DNA from: Hyperthermus butylicus DSM 5456
Lineage (GTDB): Archaea; Thermoproteota; Thermoprotei_A; Sulfolobales; Pyrodictiaceae
Length of the DNA: 32,000 bases
NCBI RefSeq assembly: GCF_000015145.1
Contig: NC_008818.1
Coordinates: forward strand, 1,380,001 to 1,412,000
Direction of reading: 5' to 3'
The position numbers and the translations under genes were made by a program. This document shows, piece after piece, positions 1 to 9,419 of the stretch. Each line of letters begins with the position of its first letter. Within the stretch, counting starts at the first letter, position 1. The notes under the pieces are model-generated. The model worked only from the letters and a program-made list of their open reading frames with translations. It was not told the origin of the DNA and ran no database searches.

Positions 1-562
1 ACTCATACATGGCTGCAAGCCTTCCATACCCCTTCTTGAGCGGCAGGAATACAGCCCACGGGGTATGCTTCTCGACCTGGCTCCGGAGATGCTCATCCCC
101 CGCAACCAGTACTACTGGAACACCGTGCTCGCCAGCGTAGAGCGCGTTTAGCAGGTACTCGCTAGCCAACTCGCCGTTGACGTAGATTCTGTGGATAACC
201 CTGGAGCTGTAGGTGTGCTCGAGGAATCCACCTGTGGTGCCAGCGGCGGCGTGGTAGCCTATGAACATTGCAGCGTCGAAGCCCTCCTCCACGCCGAGAA
301 CCATCGAGAATGGTCTAGGGTAGCCTTGCACTAGCCGGACACGCTCATCAACATCAATGTAATCTATGTTCGCCATGAACCCGTGGCTATCAGCTACAAC
401 TACATCATCCACACCGAGCACTGAAAACTCGTCCGCAAGAACATTCACGATCCAGGTCATGATGCGGCGTGCATCCCCGTAGAGAGGGTAGCCGGGCGCG
501 ACCTGGGACAGCGTTGATATGCCAGGTAGGCCTTCAAGGTCTACGGAGACGTAGATCTTCAA
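1..562 (-). CDS. M55 family D-aminopeptidase (DppA-like), 3' end truncated by window edge
   Basis: Manual minus-strand translation gives an open frame from TTG at 562: LKIYVSVDLEGLPGISTLSQVAPGYPLYGDARRIMTWIVNVLADEFSVLGVDDVVVADSHGFMANIDYIDVDERVRLVQGYPRPFSMVLGVEEGFDAAMFIGYHAAAGTTGGFLEHTYSS... The SVDLEG start, DSHG and IGYHAAAGT segments resemble the M55 D-aminopeptidase fold. It is missing from the supplied ORF track because it is open at the window edge. Confidence 0.82.
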   Translation of the reverse strand, partial: MKIYVSVDLEGLPGISTLSQVAPGYPLYGDARRIMTWIVNVLADEFSVLGVDDVVVADSHGFMANIDYIDVDERVRLVQGYPRPFSMVLGVEEGFDAAMFIGYHAAAGTTGGFLEHTYSSRVIHRIYVNGELASEYLLNALYAGEHGVPVVLVAGDEHLRSQVEKHTPWAVFLPLKKGYGRLAAMYE

Positions 563-1013
563 GGCTCAGAAGCCCTCCAAGATACAGCCTGATCCAGGGT
601 AGACGGTTAAACATCCAACCCTGCAGTAACAGTGCCATCCCCTAGCAGGCCCGGCCCTTCCCTCCATGGAGGCTTGTAGCTCTGACAATTAGGCCTCTGA
701 ACAATGCCTCGACGATGGTCTATCCGCCAGCCTACAGTTCCGTCCCGCAGAGCCCAAGATGTGACAGAGGGGTAGAGGCTCGGGAGCACAACACGATACC
801 GCGGCCAAGCATCCAGAACAGCCATGCATGCTGGCCCGGCTCACGTGGCTCGCCGGTAGCTGCAGGATGTGTGGCAGTCATCTGGCATATTACGGCCATA
901 GCATTGCCCGGGTTTGCGGCTAGTAGACATGTATACTGCCGGCTAGGTGGCTAGGTATTTGGTCAGCCCTAGCGGTTATAATACTCTGGCTTGCCTGTTC
1001 CCCTAGCTAATGG

Positions 1014-1790
1014 GTGCAAGTGTTGCACCTCACCATCTACATTCACCCATCCTGCCCTGCCAGCCGCAACCTGGTGCTATACCTCCACGAGAAGGGGCTC
1101 CTTAACCGGGTTGAACTCGTCTCGACGGCACGGCCATCTACATCGGGTTTGTTGAGGGAGGCTGTGTGGAGCGTACCGTGGCTTGTGGGAGAGGGGGTGC
1201 CGCTTGCAACGGACCCCATAGAGCCCGGGGAGGCGGAGCTCATCATAAGGGAGTTTAGGACTACGAGGACCAGCAATCCGCTGGATGATTTCGCTGAGGC
1301 TATCCTCCACAGCGCTTACGCGTCCGCAGTAGCATATCTTCACGGTAGCCTTGAGCCGGTACTGGATTGCGACTTTGTCATGGCTGCTACTAGGGCCAAG
1401 CTGCGTGGTCTGGACGTCTCCCAGGTGCTCCTCGAGGCTGGGCACCGTGCTGCAGACCTCTACGCCGACCTGGAGGACAAGATAATGAGGGCCCTCGGGA
1501 TATCCTATGTACGCGAGCTCTACTGGGCCAGCGGCGGGAGCCTAAGCCGGGAGGAGCTTGTAGAGCTAGCAACACCCATACATGTCGGTGCGTGGCTGAT
1601 AGCCAAGGCCAGCCTTGGCCGGAGCGGGCTCCCCTCGAAGCCGGTGCCGGATAAGGCCAGGCTTGAGAGGCTCGCAAGCTTCGTTAGGAGGGGTGCAGCT
1701 GGCCTGCTTAGGAGGATTGAGAGAGAGTACCAGGAGGTTATGGAAGATGAAAACTACTGGAGGATACTTGAGGAGCACGGGCTAGCCTAG
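1014..1790 (+). CDS. Thioredoxin-fold (glutaredoxin/GST-N-like) protein of unknown function
   Basis: 258-aa ORF; N-terminus LTIYIHPSCPASRNLVLYLHEKGL resembles a CPxS redox motif in a Trx fold; helical C-terminus. Confidence 0.6.
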   Translation: MQVLHLTIYIHPSCPASRNLVLYLHEKGLLNRVELVSTARPSTSGLLREAVWSVPWLVGEGVPLATDPIEPGEAELIIREFRTTRTSNPLDDFAEAILHSAYASAVAYLHGSLEPVLDCDFVMAATRAKLRGLDVSQVLLEAGHRAADLYADLEDKIMRALGISYVRELYWASGGSLSREELVELATPIHVGAWLIAKASLGRSGLPSKPVPDKARLERLASFVRRGAAGLLRRIEREYQEVMEDENYWRILEEHGLA

Positions 1791-2803
1791 AACGGGCTGT
1801 AGCCCTCCCGGAGCCACCGAGCCACGTCAAGCGCATGATAAGTTATCACTATGTCTGCACCCGCCCTCCTTATAGCAGTTATTATCTCCATTGTTACGAG
1901 CTTCTCATCTATCCAGCCCTTCTCAGCAGCAGCCTTGACCATGGAGTATTCTGCGCTCACGTTGTAGGCTGCTAGGGGGTACTGGGGAAACGCCTCCTTA
2001 ACCAGTCTTATAACGTCAAGGTATGCCAGGGCCGGCTTCACCATGAGGATATCCGCTCCCTCCTCGATATCCAGCATCGCCTCCTTAATCGCCTCCATCG
2101 CATTCCTCGGGTCCATCTGGTAGCTTCTCCGGTCGCCAAACCGTGGTGCTGATCCAGCAGCCTCTCTGAATGGGCCGTAGAAGCCGCTGGCATACTTTAC
2201 AGCATAGCTCATAATCCCGACCTCGGTGTAGCCAGCGTCGTCTAGCGCCTCCCTTATCGCTGACACCATACCATCCATCATTCCTGAGGGAGCTACGAAG
2301 TCTGCTCCAGCCTCAGCGTGGGTGACAGCTATGCGGGCGATGACCTCTAGGGTTGAGTCGTTGTCTATGAGCTGTCTCCCGTGCCTTTCAACGGGTATGC
2401 CGCAATGCCCATGGGTGGTGTAGCCGCATATGCAGACGTCGGTGAAGATGGCTGGCTCCCAGCCGAGCTCGCGGCGTATCAGCCTTATCGCAGTGGGCAC
2501 GGGGCCCCGTGGGTCGTAGGCGTAGGTGCCGCGGAGGTCCTTCTTCTCGTCCGGGACAACGCCGAACAATAGGAATGACTTGATGCCGAGGTCTAGTGCC
2601 TCGCGTATAACGTCCACGACCCTCTCCGGGGGATAGCGGTACTGGCCCGGCATGCTGGGGATGGGCTCGGGCTCCTTTATCCCCTCCTTAACGAATATCG
2701 GCATCATGAGCTGGCTGGGCGAAACCAGGGTCTCGGCGACAAGGTCGCGGATCGCCTTGGTGAGCCTTAGCCTCCGAGGCCGGAGCTCAGGGAACCCGGG
2801 CAC
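1787..2803 (-). CDS. hemB: Porphobilinogen synthase (delta-aminolevulinic acid dehydratase)
   Basis: 338-aa ORF with family hallmarks: LMMPIFVKEG, VCICGYTTHGHCG, DFVAPSGMMDGMV, FYGPFREAAGSAP, GDRRSYQMDPRN, ADILMVKPALAYLD, YNVSAEYSM. Confidence 0.97.
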   Translation of the reverse strand: MPGFPELRPRRLRLTKAIRDLVAETLVSPSQLMMPIFVKEGIKEPEPIPSMPGQYRYPPERVVDVIREALDLGIKSFLLFGVVPDEKKDLRGTYAYDPRGPVPTAIRLIRRELGWEPAIFTDVCICGYTTHGHCGIPVERHGRQLIDNDSTLEVIARIAVTHAEAGADFVAPSGMMDGMVSAIREALDDAGYTEVGIMSYAVKYASGFYGPFREAAGSAPRFGDRRSYQMDPRNAMEAIKEAMLDIEEGADILMVKPALAYLDVIRLVKEAFPQYPLAAYNVSAEYSMVKAAAEKGWIDEKLVTMEIITAIRRAGADIVITYHALDVARWLREGYSPF

Positions 2804-2916
2804 CCAGCATCCACCACTGTTAGCATAGGCCTAGCAGGCGATTAGGAACTTTACCCCGAGCCTTCCAGCAGCCCCGCCTAGCAAGAGACGCAGCGCGGGG
2901 AAGGGGCTGCAAGGCT

Positions 2917-3546
2917 TTGCGCAGGATACTCCTAGCCTACCATCGGCCAGGCAAGCCCCGGGAGGAGGAGAGGGTCGAACAGCTAGCCCAGACGGTAGCG
3001 ATGTTGGCGCGCGGCAGGCTAGCTGTGGACACAATGGTTGTCGATGAGGTTGACGAAGCTGCAGGTGAGAGATACGACGCGATATACCTCCTAATGTTCA
3101 CCAGGGGTGGCCACTGGCTCTCCGTGATAGAGGCTACTGGTAGAACGCCAAAACTGATACCCCTACACCTAACAGCCGCGATACTAGCCTCGAGAGCGGC
3201 TGAAGCAGGGGCCAGGAGGCTCCTGCTCTTAGGCCTCAGGGCCCGCAGGCTCGAGCACCTACAGCTAGAGGACCTGGGGAGGCTGAGCCTCCTACTGGCA
3301 ACCTGGAAGCTGGGGATGAGCTACCAGCTCCTAGAAGCCATTGACTCCCAGCCCAGGATGCAGGAGAAATGGTGCCGCAGCGACACTCTAGTAGCGCCAC
3401 TAGCTCTCCTCGACGGCAAGCTAGCGGACCATGCCAGAGCCCTAGCAAAAGCATGCGGTGCAGCCCACGCAGGCCCACTGCTACACCACTCAGCTCCCAC
3501 GATAGCAGCCTGGATAGCCGAAGACGCGGCCTACCCCAGGGTGTAG
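2917..3546 (+). CDS. Hypothetical protein, possibly CbiX/SirB-like (sirohydrochlorin chelatase-related)
   Basis: 209-aa ORF beginning MRRILLAYHRPGKPREEERVEQLA with histidines around the core; overall pattern only loosely like CbiX; next to hemB. Confidence 0.4.
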   Translation: MRRILLAYHRPGKPREEERVEQLAQTVAMLARGRLAVDTMVVDEVDEAAGERYDAIYLLMFTRGGHWLSVIEATGRTPKLIPLHLTAAILASRAAEAGARRLLLLGLRARRLEHLQLEDLGRLSLLLATWKLGMSYQLLEAIDSQPRMQEKWCRSDTLVAPLALLDGKLADHARALAKACGAAHAGPLLHHSAPTIAAWIAEDAAYPRV

Positions 3547-3611
3547 AGGGAATGAACAAGATAACCCCTCCACAAGCACAGTAGACATGCAGGAGCCCCG
3601 GGGGCCCCGAA

Positions 3612-3938
3612 GGGGCTCCGCGCGGGTAGGGCCGGGGGGCTCGCCCTCCCCCCACGCCCGAAACGGGCGCAATGCGGGGGCCAGTAACCCGGCTTGGGGC
3701 TGTAGGCCCCCGCGGCAGACCCAGCCGACCAATGACCCCCGTCCCGCGGGGCCGGCGGCGGCGGAGCCCCCTCCGGAGGGAGGGCGGCTACCGCCCTTGC
3801 CGGGGGAACCAGGCCAGGCCCGGAAGGGAGCAACCTAACCCCGGACGCCCGGCGTTCGCGGGGGCGCGGGGTGAGGCAACGGCTGGGCCCGCTGCCGCCG
3901 AGGGTCTACAGCCGCAAGCCGGGGGCCGCGCGGGCCCC
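3612..3938 (+). ncRNA. ffs: Signal recognition particle RNA (archaeal 7S RNA)
   Basis: Conserved helix 8 SRP54-binding segment at about 3809-3840: accaggCCAGGCCCGGAAGGGAGCAAccta. The 5' domain GGGCCGGGGGGCUCGCCCUCCCCCC resembles archaeal helices 2-4. Terminal helix 1 pairs GGGGCU-CCGCGCGG (3612-3625) with CCGCGCGGGCCCC (3926-3938). Length of about 327 nt fits. Ends are approximate. Confidence 0.9.
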
Positions 3939-4504
3939 GGGAGAGCCCCGTGCCTCCTCCTTCCGGTGCTAGCGCTTATCCCCAGGCCGGCCGGCACACT
4001 ATTCTACACGGGCCGGGTATCGCCCGGGCAAGCGTGCCGCGTAACGGCGCGGGGATGAGCCCGGGTATCCGTTCCAGGCCCCAGACGGGGGCACAAGCTC
4101 CTCCTCAACTTGCCGGCCTACTTCTATGGCGGTGACGCAGTTGTTGCCAGCTGGATTTTGCGGGCAGAGCTGCTTTGGCCATAACCGCCCACTGGTGGTG
4201 TCTAAGCCCGCGTCTACAGGGGCATAGCTGCTAGGAGGATCAGAGTATGCCCGGGTGCTGTGTCCAATATACATGTGTGTCCAAGGAAGCTAGAGGAGGA
4301 AATGGAAAAAAGCTCAGCGGCTTATTTTTAACTGAGAGGAGAGATATGAAGCTTCTAGAGGAGAGGGTGAAGCGGCATCGCAGGCTTGCAGGCCTAGGCC
4401 AGCAAGGTGCTTGAGCAGTGTTCAGTCATTCCGAGGGGCACGGCGGTAGGGTGCAACGTAGAGCCGTGATCGACTTGTCGCGAAGGAATGCTGTCCTGGA
4501 GGTG

Positions 4505-4702
4505 TTAGACCTCCTGTATCTCTATATTCTCGGGTAGGTACTGCGCTATGAATCTCCATACGCGCTCGTTGAAGCGCTCCTTGGGGACTAGCACTGTTAT
4601 GCCACGACCGCGGAGTATGATCCTTATGAACTGGTTGGCCACCCCACCACCGGTTACATAGCTTCGCTTTTGTATATCTCTATATAAGTTTGCATACTTC
4701 AT
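4505..4702 (-). CDS. Small hypothetical protein
   Basis: 65-aa ORF MKYANLYRDIQKRSYVTGGGVANQFIRIILRGRGITVLVPKERFNERVWRFIAQYLPENIEIQEV with coding-like composition; no family recognised. Confidence 0.5.
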   Translation of the reverse strand: MKYANLYRDIQKRSYVTGGGVANQFIRIILRGRGITVLVPKERFNERVWRFIAQYLPENIEIQEV

Positions 4703-5075
4703 ACACCTCTACATAATAAGCAGCGATAATTAACGGTTTGCTCTGGGAGTATGGCCTGCATGTACCTAGCCTGGCCCGAGACAAGAGGAACTAGTCTTAG
4801 GCTGTCCCTCCCTGAGGGCTGGTAGAGTGTCTTCTCCTGCTCGACAGTAATGCTGCAGGTTCAGCTACGCTAGTGTCTCCTAAGGCAGGCTTCTTGCGGC
4901 ACCGGAGTCCTGCACGGTTGCTAGCCATGGTGTAACGGGACGCAGTGGTGTTTGTAACAGTAGTTAATTAACATATCATGGTGTGCCGAAAAATTAGGGT
5001 TGTAGACATAACTAGATGCACGTAATTGTCGAACTATCACGGCCTAGACAAGGGTGTGTGGAGGTACGTCGGGGC

Positions 5076-7583
5076 ATGAAGCGTCTTCTATTAGCTAGCA
5101 TTATAGTTGTGACTCTCCTTCTATCGAGTGCTGCACCAGCCTTCGCGGCTCAGTTTGGCGATGAGCTGGTAGCTAAGGTTCAGGAGCTAATGCAGAGTGA
5201 CAAGGTGAGCCCACAGACAAAGCTGTGTATAAGCTGCCACATACAATACACGCCAGGCATTGTATACGAGTGGGCCAACAGCAAGCATGCAATGTACACG
5301 CCAGCCGAGCTAGCAGAACTCTACAAGGCCATTGGTGCCCCGGAGTGGGCTGACAAGATAGCCGACAAGTTCAAGGACTATCCGTACGTCGTGGGCTGCT
5401 ACGAGTGTCACGGTATGTTCAAGGAGGCCGATAGGCCCGACGTGATCGAGAACCACAACGGCTACAAGATAGTGACCATTGTCACCAGGAAGGACTGCAG
5501 CCAGTGCCACCCCAAGGAGAGCGCAGAGCTGAGCTGGACCTGGCACGCGACCGGTGCTGCTATGTCGCCGTTTAAGCCCTGGTACCAAGGTATTCTGGAG
5601 TGGGCCAAGAGCCAGGGTGCAAACCCGTTCGGCGACGAGCAGGCCAAGCAGCTTTACGAGAAGTACCTCCCACCATACCTGACCAAGCAGCGCGGTGTAG
5701 ATGACGTCAACTGGGACTTCTACAAGGAGATCGCAAAAGCTGTAATGGACTACTTTGAGACCGGCCAGGAGAACGACATAATAAAGATACTCAAGGAAGC
5801 AACCGGTATGATAACACCATATGACATGGACTTCAAGAACTGGATAAGCCCGCTATGGCCGGCCAGCGGCGTGCTCAACACAACAATACTAAAGAAGCTG
5901 AATATCGAGGTAACCGTAACAGCTATGGGTGAACAGACAGCAACAATAAACAACATCATGGAGCACCCAATGTTTAGGAACGGCTACTTGTACCACGCAT
6001 GTTTCGAGTGTCACGGCAGCATAGTTGTTCCATACAAGAAGGAGACCGTTAACATCAACGGCGTACAGGTTAGCAGGGTAGCCCTATGGGGCTGGCCAAA
6101 CAACGGCGCGGCCCGTATAGACCCCGACGGTAGCCTCGGTACATGTACAGCTTGCCACCCGAGACACTTGTTTAGTGTGAAGCAGGCACGCGAGCCATGG
6201 ACCTGTGGCCAGTGCCACCTAGGCTATGACCACCCACACATTGAGATCTATGAGGAGAGCAAGCACGGCAACATCTGGGACGCCTATGGCCATGAGTGGA
6301 ACTGGGAGCAGATACCATGGCGTGTAGGCGTCGACTTCAACGCGCCAACCTGTGCCACATGCCACATGAGCACCCTGGCAGACGCTAATGGCAACATACT
6401 AGTGCCGGGCACTCACGACCTAGCAAGGAGGCTGGTATGGGATCAGATGCACTTCTTCAGCCACCCGAAGCCAGTGATACCAGACAAGCTCCAGGTAAGC
6501 TTGTTCCTTGGCGGCTTTAGCGTGCTAAAGGGCAAGATGGAGGACGTCTACGCAGCAGCCGAGAAGATACCAGAAAGCTCGCCATACAAGTACCCTGTCT
6601 TCATGGGCCTAAAGATCGTCGACGAGGTGAAGCCAGGCGAGCCAGGATTCCCAAGGCTGCTAAAGATAGAGTACACTGGCGAGCTAAAGGAGCACCGCGA
6701 GGAGATGAAGGCTGTATGCAAGCTATGCCATAGCAGCCAGTGGGTGGACAACTTCTTCCGCACAGCTGACCAGAACATCATTGACTATGACGTAGTTGCT
6801 AGGTTTGCATTTAGCCTGCTACAGCTAGCCTGGAATGAGGGCATACACGATAACACGAACCCGCTCGACGAGTACATGGAGATAATGTGGTACTACATCT
6901 GGCACCATGAGGGCCGCCGCTGGAGGAACGGCGTCTTCATGATGGGTCCAGACTTCGCCCACTGGTTTGGCATCGTTGACACTGTCCTGGACAAGCTAGG
7001 CAGGATGACTAACTACCTCTACATAGCGATGAAGGTGAGGCTGCTAGAGACCGAGCTGCAGGCGCTAAAGCAGGCTGCTGCTGGCGCACCATACACGCCA
7101 GAGCTAGCGGCACAGATAGCAGAGCTACAGAAGGAGCTGGAGACCCTCAAGCAGCAGCTAGCAGCTCTAGAGGCGCAGGTGCCAGCGCTAAAGAGCCAGA
7201 TACAGAGCCTAGAGGCTGGCTACAGCAGCGTTGAGGGCGAGCTAGGCACGCTGAAGACTGATGTCAGCACGCTGCTACAGCAGCTAGACGAGCTGAGCAA
7301 GCAGCTGGAGGCTCTAAGCCCACAGGCCAAGGATATACAAGCGCTAGTCTCTAAGATAAAGGAGATAGCTGTGCAGCTAGAGCAGCTGGGCCAGAAGACC
7401 GAGGCAGCGAGCAGCAAGGCTAGCCAGGCGCTAGCAACTGCTGAGGAGATTGGCAGCAAGATCGACGAGCTAAGCAGCAAGATAGACAGTGTATCCGCAA
7501 CGGCCTACACCCTGGGCGCTATAGCGCTAGCAGCTGCTGTAATAGCTCTAGGCTTATCGATACTCTACAGCCGCCGCAGCTAG
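5076..7583 (+). CDS. Octaheme c-type cytochrome, HAO-like, with C-terminal coiled-coil stalk and TM anchor
   Basis: Eight CxxCH motifs (CISCH, CYECH, CSQCH, CFECH, CTACH, CGQCH, CATCH, CKLCH). Signal peptide MKRLLLASIIVVTLLLSSAAPAFA suggests the in-frame start at 5076 rather than 5016. Long Leu/Glu/Gln heptad region, then AYTLGAIALAAAVIALGLSILYSRRS. Confidence 0.93.
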   Translation: MKRLLLASIIVVTLLLSSAAPAFAAQFGDELVAKVQELMQSDKVSPQTKLCISCHIQYTPGIVYEWANSKHAMYTPAELAELYKAIGAPEWADKIADKFKDYPYVVGCYECHGMFKEADRPDVIENHNGYKIVTIVTRKDCSQCHPKESAELSWTWHATGAAMSPFKPWYQGILEWAKSQGANPFGDEQAKQLYEKYLPPYLTKQRGVDDVNWDFYKEIAKAVMDYFETGQENDIIKILKEATGMITPYDMDFKNWISPLWPASGVLNTTILKKLNIEVTVTAMGEQTATINNIMEHPMFRNGYLYHACFECHGSIVVPYKKETVNINGVQVSRVALWGWPNNGAARIDPDGSLGTCTACHPRHLFSVKQAREPWTCGQCHLGYDHPHIEIYEESKHGNIWDAYGHEWNWEQIPWRVGVDFNAPTCATCHMSTLADANGNILVPGTHDLARRLVWDQMHFFSHPKPVIPDKLQVSLFLGGFSVLKGKMEDVYAAAEKIPESSPYKYPVFMGLKIVDEVKPGEPGFPRLLKIEYTGELKEHREEMKAVCKLCHSSQWVDNFFRTADQNIIDYDVVARFAFSLLQLAWNEGIHDNTNPLDEYMEIMWYYIWHHEGRRWRNGVFMMGPDFAHWFGIVDTVLDKLGRMTNYLYIAMKVRLLETELQALKQAAAGAPYTPELAAQIAELQKELETLKQQLAALEAQVPALKSQIQSLEAGYSSVEGELGTLKTDVSTLLQQLDELSKQLEALSPQAKDIQALVSKIKEIAVQLEQLGQKTEAASSKASQALATAEEIGSKIDELSSKIDSVSATAYTLGAIALAAAVIALGLSILYSRRS

Positions 7584-7726
7584 CCGGAAAAGCTAGCTCC
7601 CCCGAGGAGCTGTTTAGACCGATTATTTTTACCTCCATAACGCGTTACGCTCACCTCCTCTTCCCTCCCCCTAAGCGTATTAGGTGTGGATCCGTCTGCT
7701 TGTTACGGCTTGTGAGGGACTAGTAG

Positions 7727-9244
7727 ATGCAGCTGGCCCGCTACGTGGCGGCTATGGTGTTGTTGGAGTTCATTGTCGGCCACGTGGTTCTTGCCGGTGT
7801 TGTGGAGGGTTTGTTGGCTAGGGACTTCTATAGGCTTGTTGTAGTGTTTAGAGAGCCTCTGGACGGTGATGCATGGAGTGTCTATGTGGCGTTTAGTGGG
7901 CCGGGGGCAGGTGTGAATTGTAGCGGGCAGCTGCGCCCTAACCTGTACTACCTGCAGACCAAGACTATCTCCCGCGGCTTGGTGGTGGCACCACTCTACT
8001 ATGTTCTCAGCAGCATCTGTCCCAGGGTGCTCTCGGAGTTACAGCTCCTAGCTGGAAGTCGTGGCGATGAGCTGCTGGTTGTCGAGCTGGAAGCCCCCCA
8101 GGGCTACTCTGTTAGGAGTGGCATGGACTGGCGCGGGTTCGGCAAAGCTGGCGGTCCCTACACTCTCCCGCTCAGCGCTTTTGTGAGATACTACGTGTTT
8201 GACGGCGTTGTAGTTGCTGGTGAGGAGTATCGGGTGGTTGACGACTCGGCGCTAAACCTTACGGTGGTGGCTCTGCAGGCCTCGAAGGAGACTGTTGAGT
8301 ATACAGTGGAGAGTCTTGTGGCTGTGCGGGATGCGGTTGCAGAGTGGCTTGGCCCTAGCCCCCGCTCGCCGGTTGTACTCGTAGTTGCCGGGCCGGGAGA
8401 GCACCAGTACCTGCCGCCCGGCACCGCCCACAGCATGGGGGGTGTGGTCTACGTCAAGCTGGGTGTGGTGGAGAACCTCCCATGGCTCGTCCACACGGTG
8501 GCACACGAGGCTCTCCACGGTTGGTTCAACCACGGCATGCTCTACGGCGATTTCAGCTTCCAGGAGGCGGCGGCAGAGTTCCTAGCGGTGAAGGCCCTGC
8601 ACGACCAGAGGCCGAGCCTCTACGAGCTTGCAGCTAGCTACCTCGAGTACATGCTGGCAGTGGACGAGCAGTATGCTGTGTGGATGCGTGTCAACGCTGC
8701 GCTATGGCATGCAGGGCTGAGAGCCTGCGGGGAGGACTTGTACATGTACGCGGTCCGGGAACTGTACAATAGGGTTATCACGGATGGGTTCTCGGGGCCC
8801 GTAAGCCTGCTAGACGTGGCCTCGCTAATGGTCGAGAAGGCGTCCACACAGTGCAGGGAGGCCCTAGAAGCGATGATAGGCTGGGTACTCCTAGCACCTA
8901 GGAGTGGGACTAGCGAGTGGCCATACATAGACACCGGCAGCTACAATGCCGGGGCTGGAACATCAGCCATAGACAGCCTTGGTACGCATGTAGAGCCGGT
9001 GGTCCCCTACAACGCCACCCTGCCGGGGATGGAGCAGTCCGAAGCTGGTAGTGGAGAGAGCGGGGCAGCCCAGAGCCAAACGGGGGCACGGGCTCTACAT
9101 CCCGCGGGCCAGCCGGAGCCTACTCCAGGCGCATGTGGGGGATCCGGGAGCCCTACCTACTGGCTAGTGGTTGGCTTCGTGGCAGGGCTGGGGGTAGCCT
9201 CCCTGGCCTGGATTGCTGCTAGGCGGCGTAGGGGGAGGAGCTAG
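7727..9244 (+). CDS. Secreted, membrane-anchored HExxH metallopeptidase-like protein (gluzincin-like)
   Basis: N-terminal hydrophobic segment; zinc-binding signature LVHTVAHEALHGWFNHG followed by FQEAAAEFLAVKAL; C-terminal Ser/Gly/Thr-rich linker, TM helix YWLVVGFVAGLGVASLAWIAA and RRRRGR tail. Confidence 0.75.
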   Translation: MQLARYVAAMVLLEFIVGHVVLAGVVEGLLARDFYRLVVVFREPLDGDAWSVYVAFSGPGAGVNCSGQLRPNLYYLQTKTISRGLVVAPLYYVLSSICPRVLSELQLLAGSRGDELLVVELEAPQGYSVRSGMDWRGFGKAGGPYTLPLSAFVRYYVFDGVVVAGEEYRVVDDSALNLTVVALQASKETVEYTVESLVAVRDAVAEWLGPSPRSPVVLVVAGPGEHQYLPPGTAHSMGGVVYVKLGVVENLPWLVHTVAHEALHGWFNHGMLYGDFSFQEAAAEFLAVKALHDQRPSLYELAASYLEYMLAVDEQYAVWMRVNAALWHAGLRACGEDLYMYAVRELYNRVITDGFSGPVSLLDVASLMVEKASTQCREALEAMIGWVLLAPRSGTSEWPYIDTGSYNAGAGTSAIDSLGTHVEPVVPYNATLPGMEQSEAGSGESGAAQSQTGARALHPAGQPEPTPGACGGSGSPTYWLVVGFVAGLGVASLAWIAARRRRGRS

Positions 9245-9419
9245 GCGCGACTATGAACAGGATTATCCTCTTGGGTCTGCGGCGGGACTGACTGGCTGAA
9301 GAGGGGAACTTTTTCGGGCTAGTGTTTAATACTCAACAGCTACTGCCACTACCTCGTCATGGCGAAAGTGTAGTGTTAGCAAGTAACAGACCATTGTTGA
9401 CTCCTTGGAGGTGCCTAGC

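Noticed and set aside
607-954. Small plus-strand ORFs between the M55 gene and the Trx-like gene
   Set aside because: No recognisable family, overlapping frames and non-coding-like composition.
3587-4058. Overlapping ORFs at 3587..3838 and 3672..4058 (+) and 3531..3833 (-)
   Set aside because: They run across the SRP RNA and its GC-rich flank; Gly/Pro/Arg/Ala composition is a high-GC artefact, not protein.
4127-4190. Possible tRNA, because TGGCGGT and ACCGCCA would form a 7-bp acceptor-like stem
   Set aside because: No TTCRA T-loop, no D-arm pattern and spacing of 64 nt; treated only as part of an unassigned structured region.
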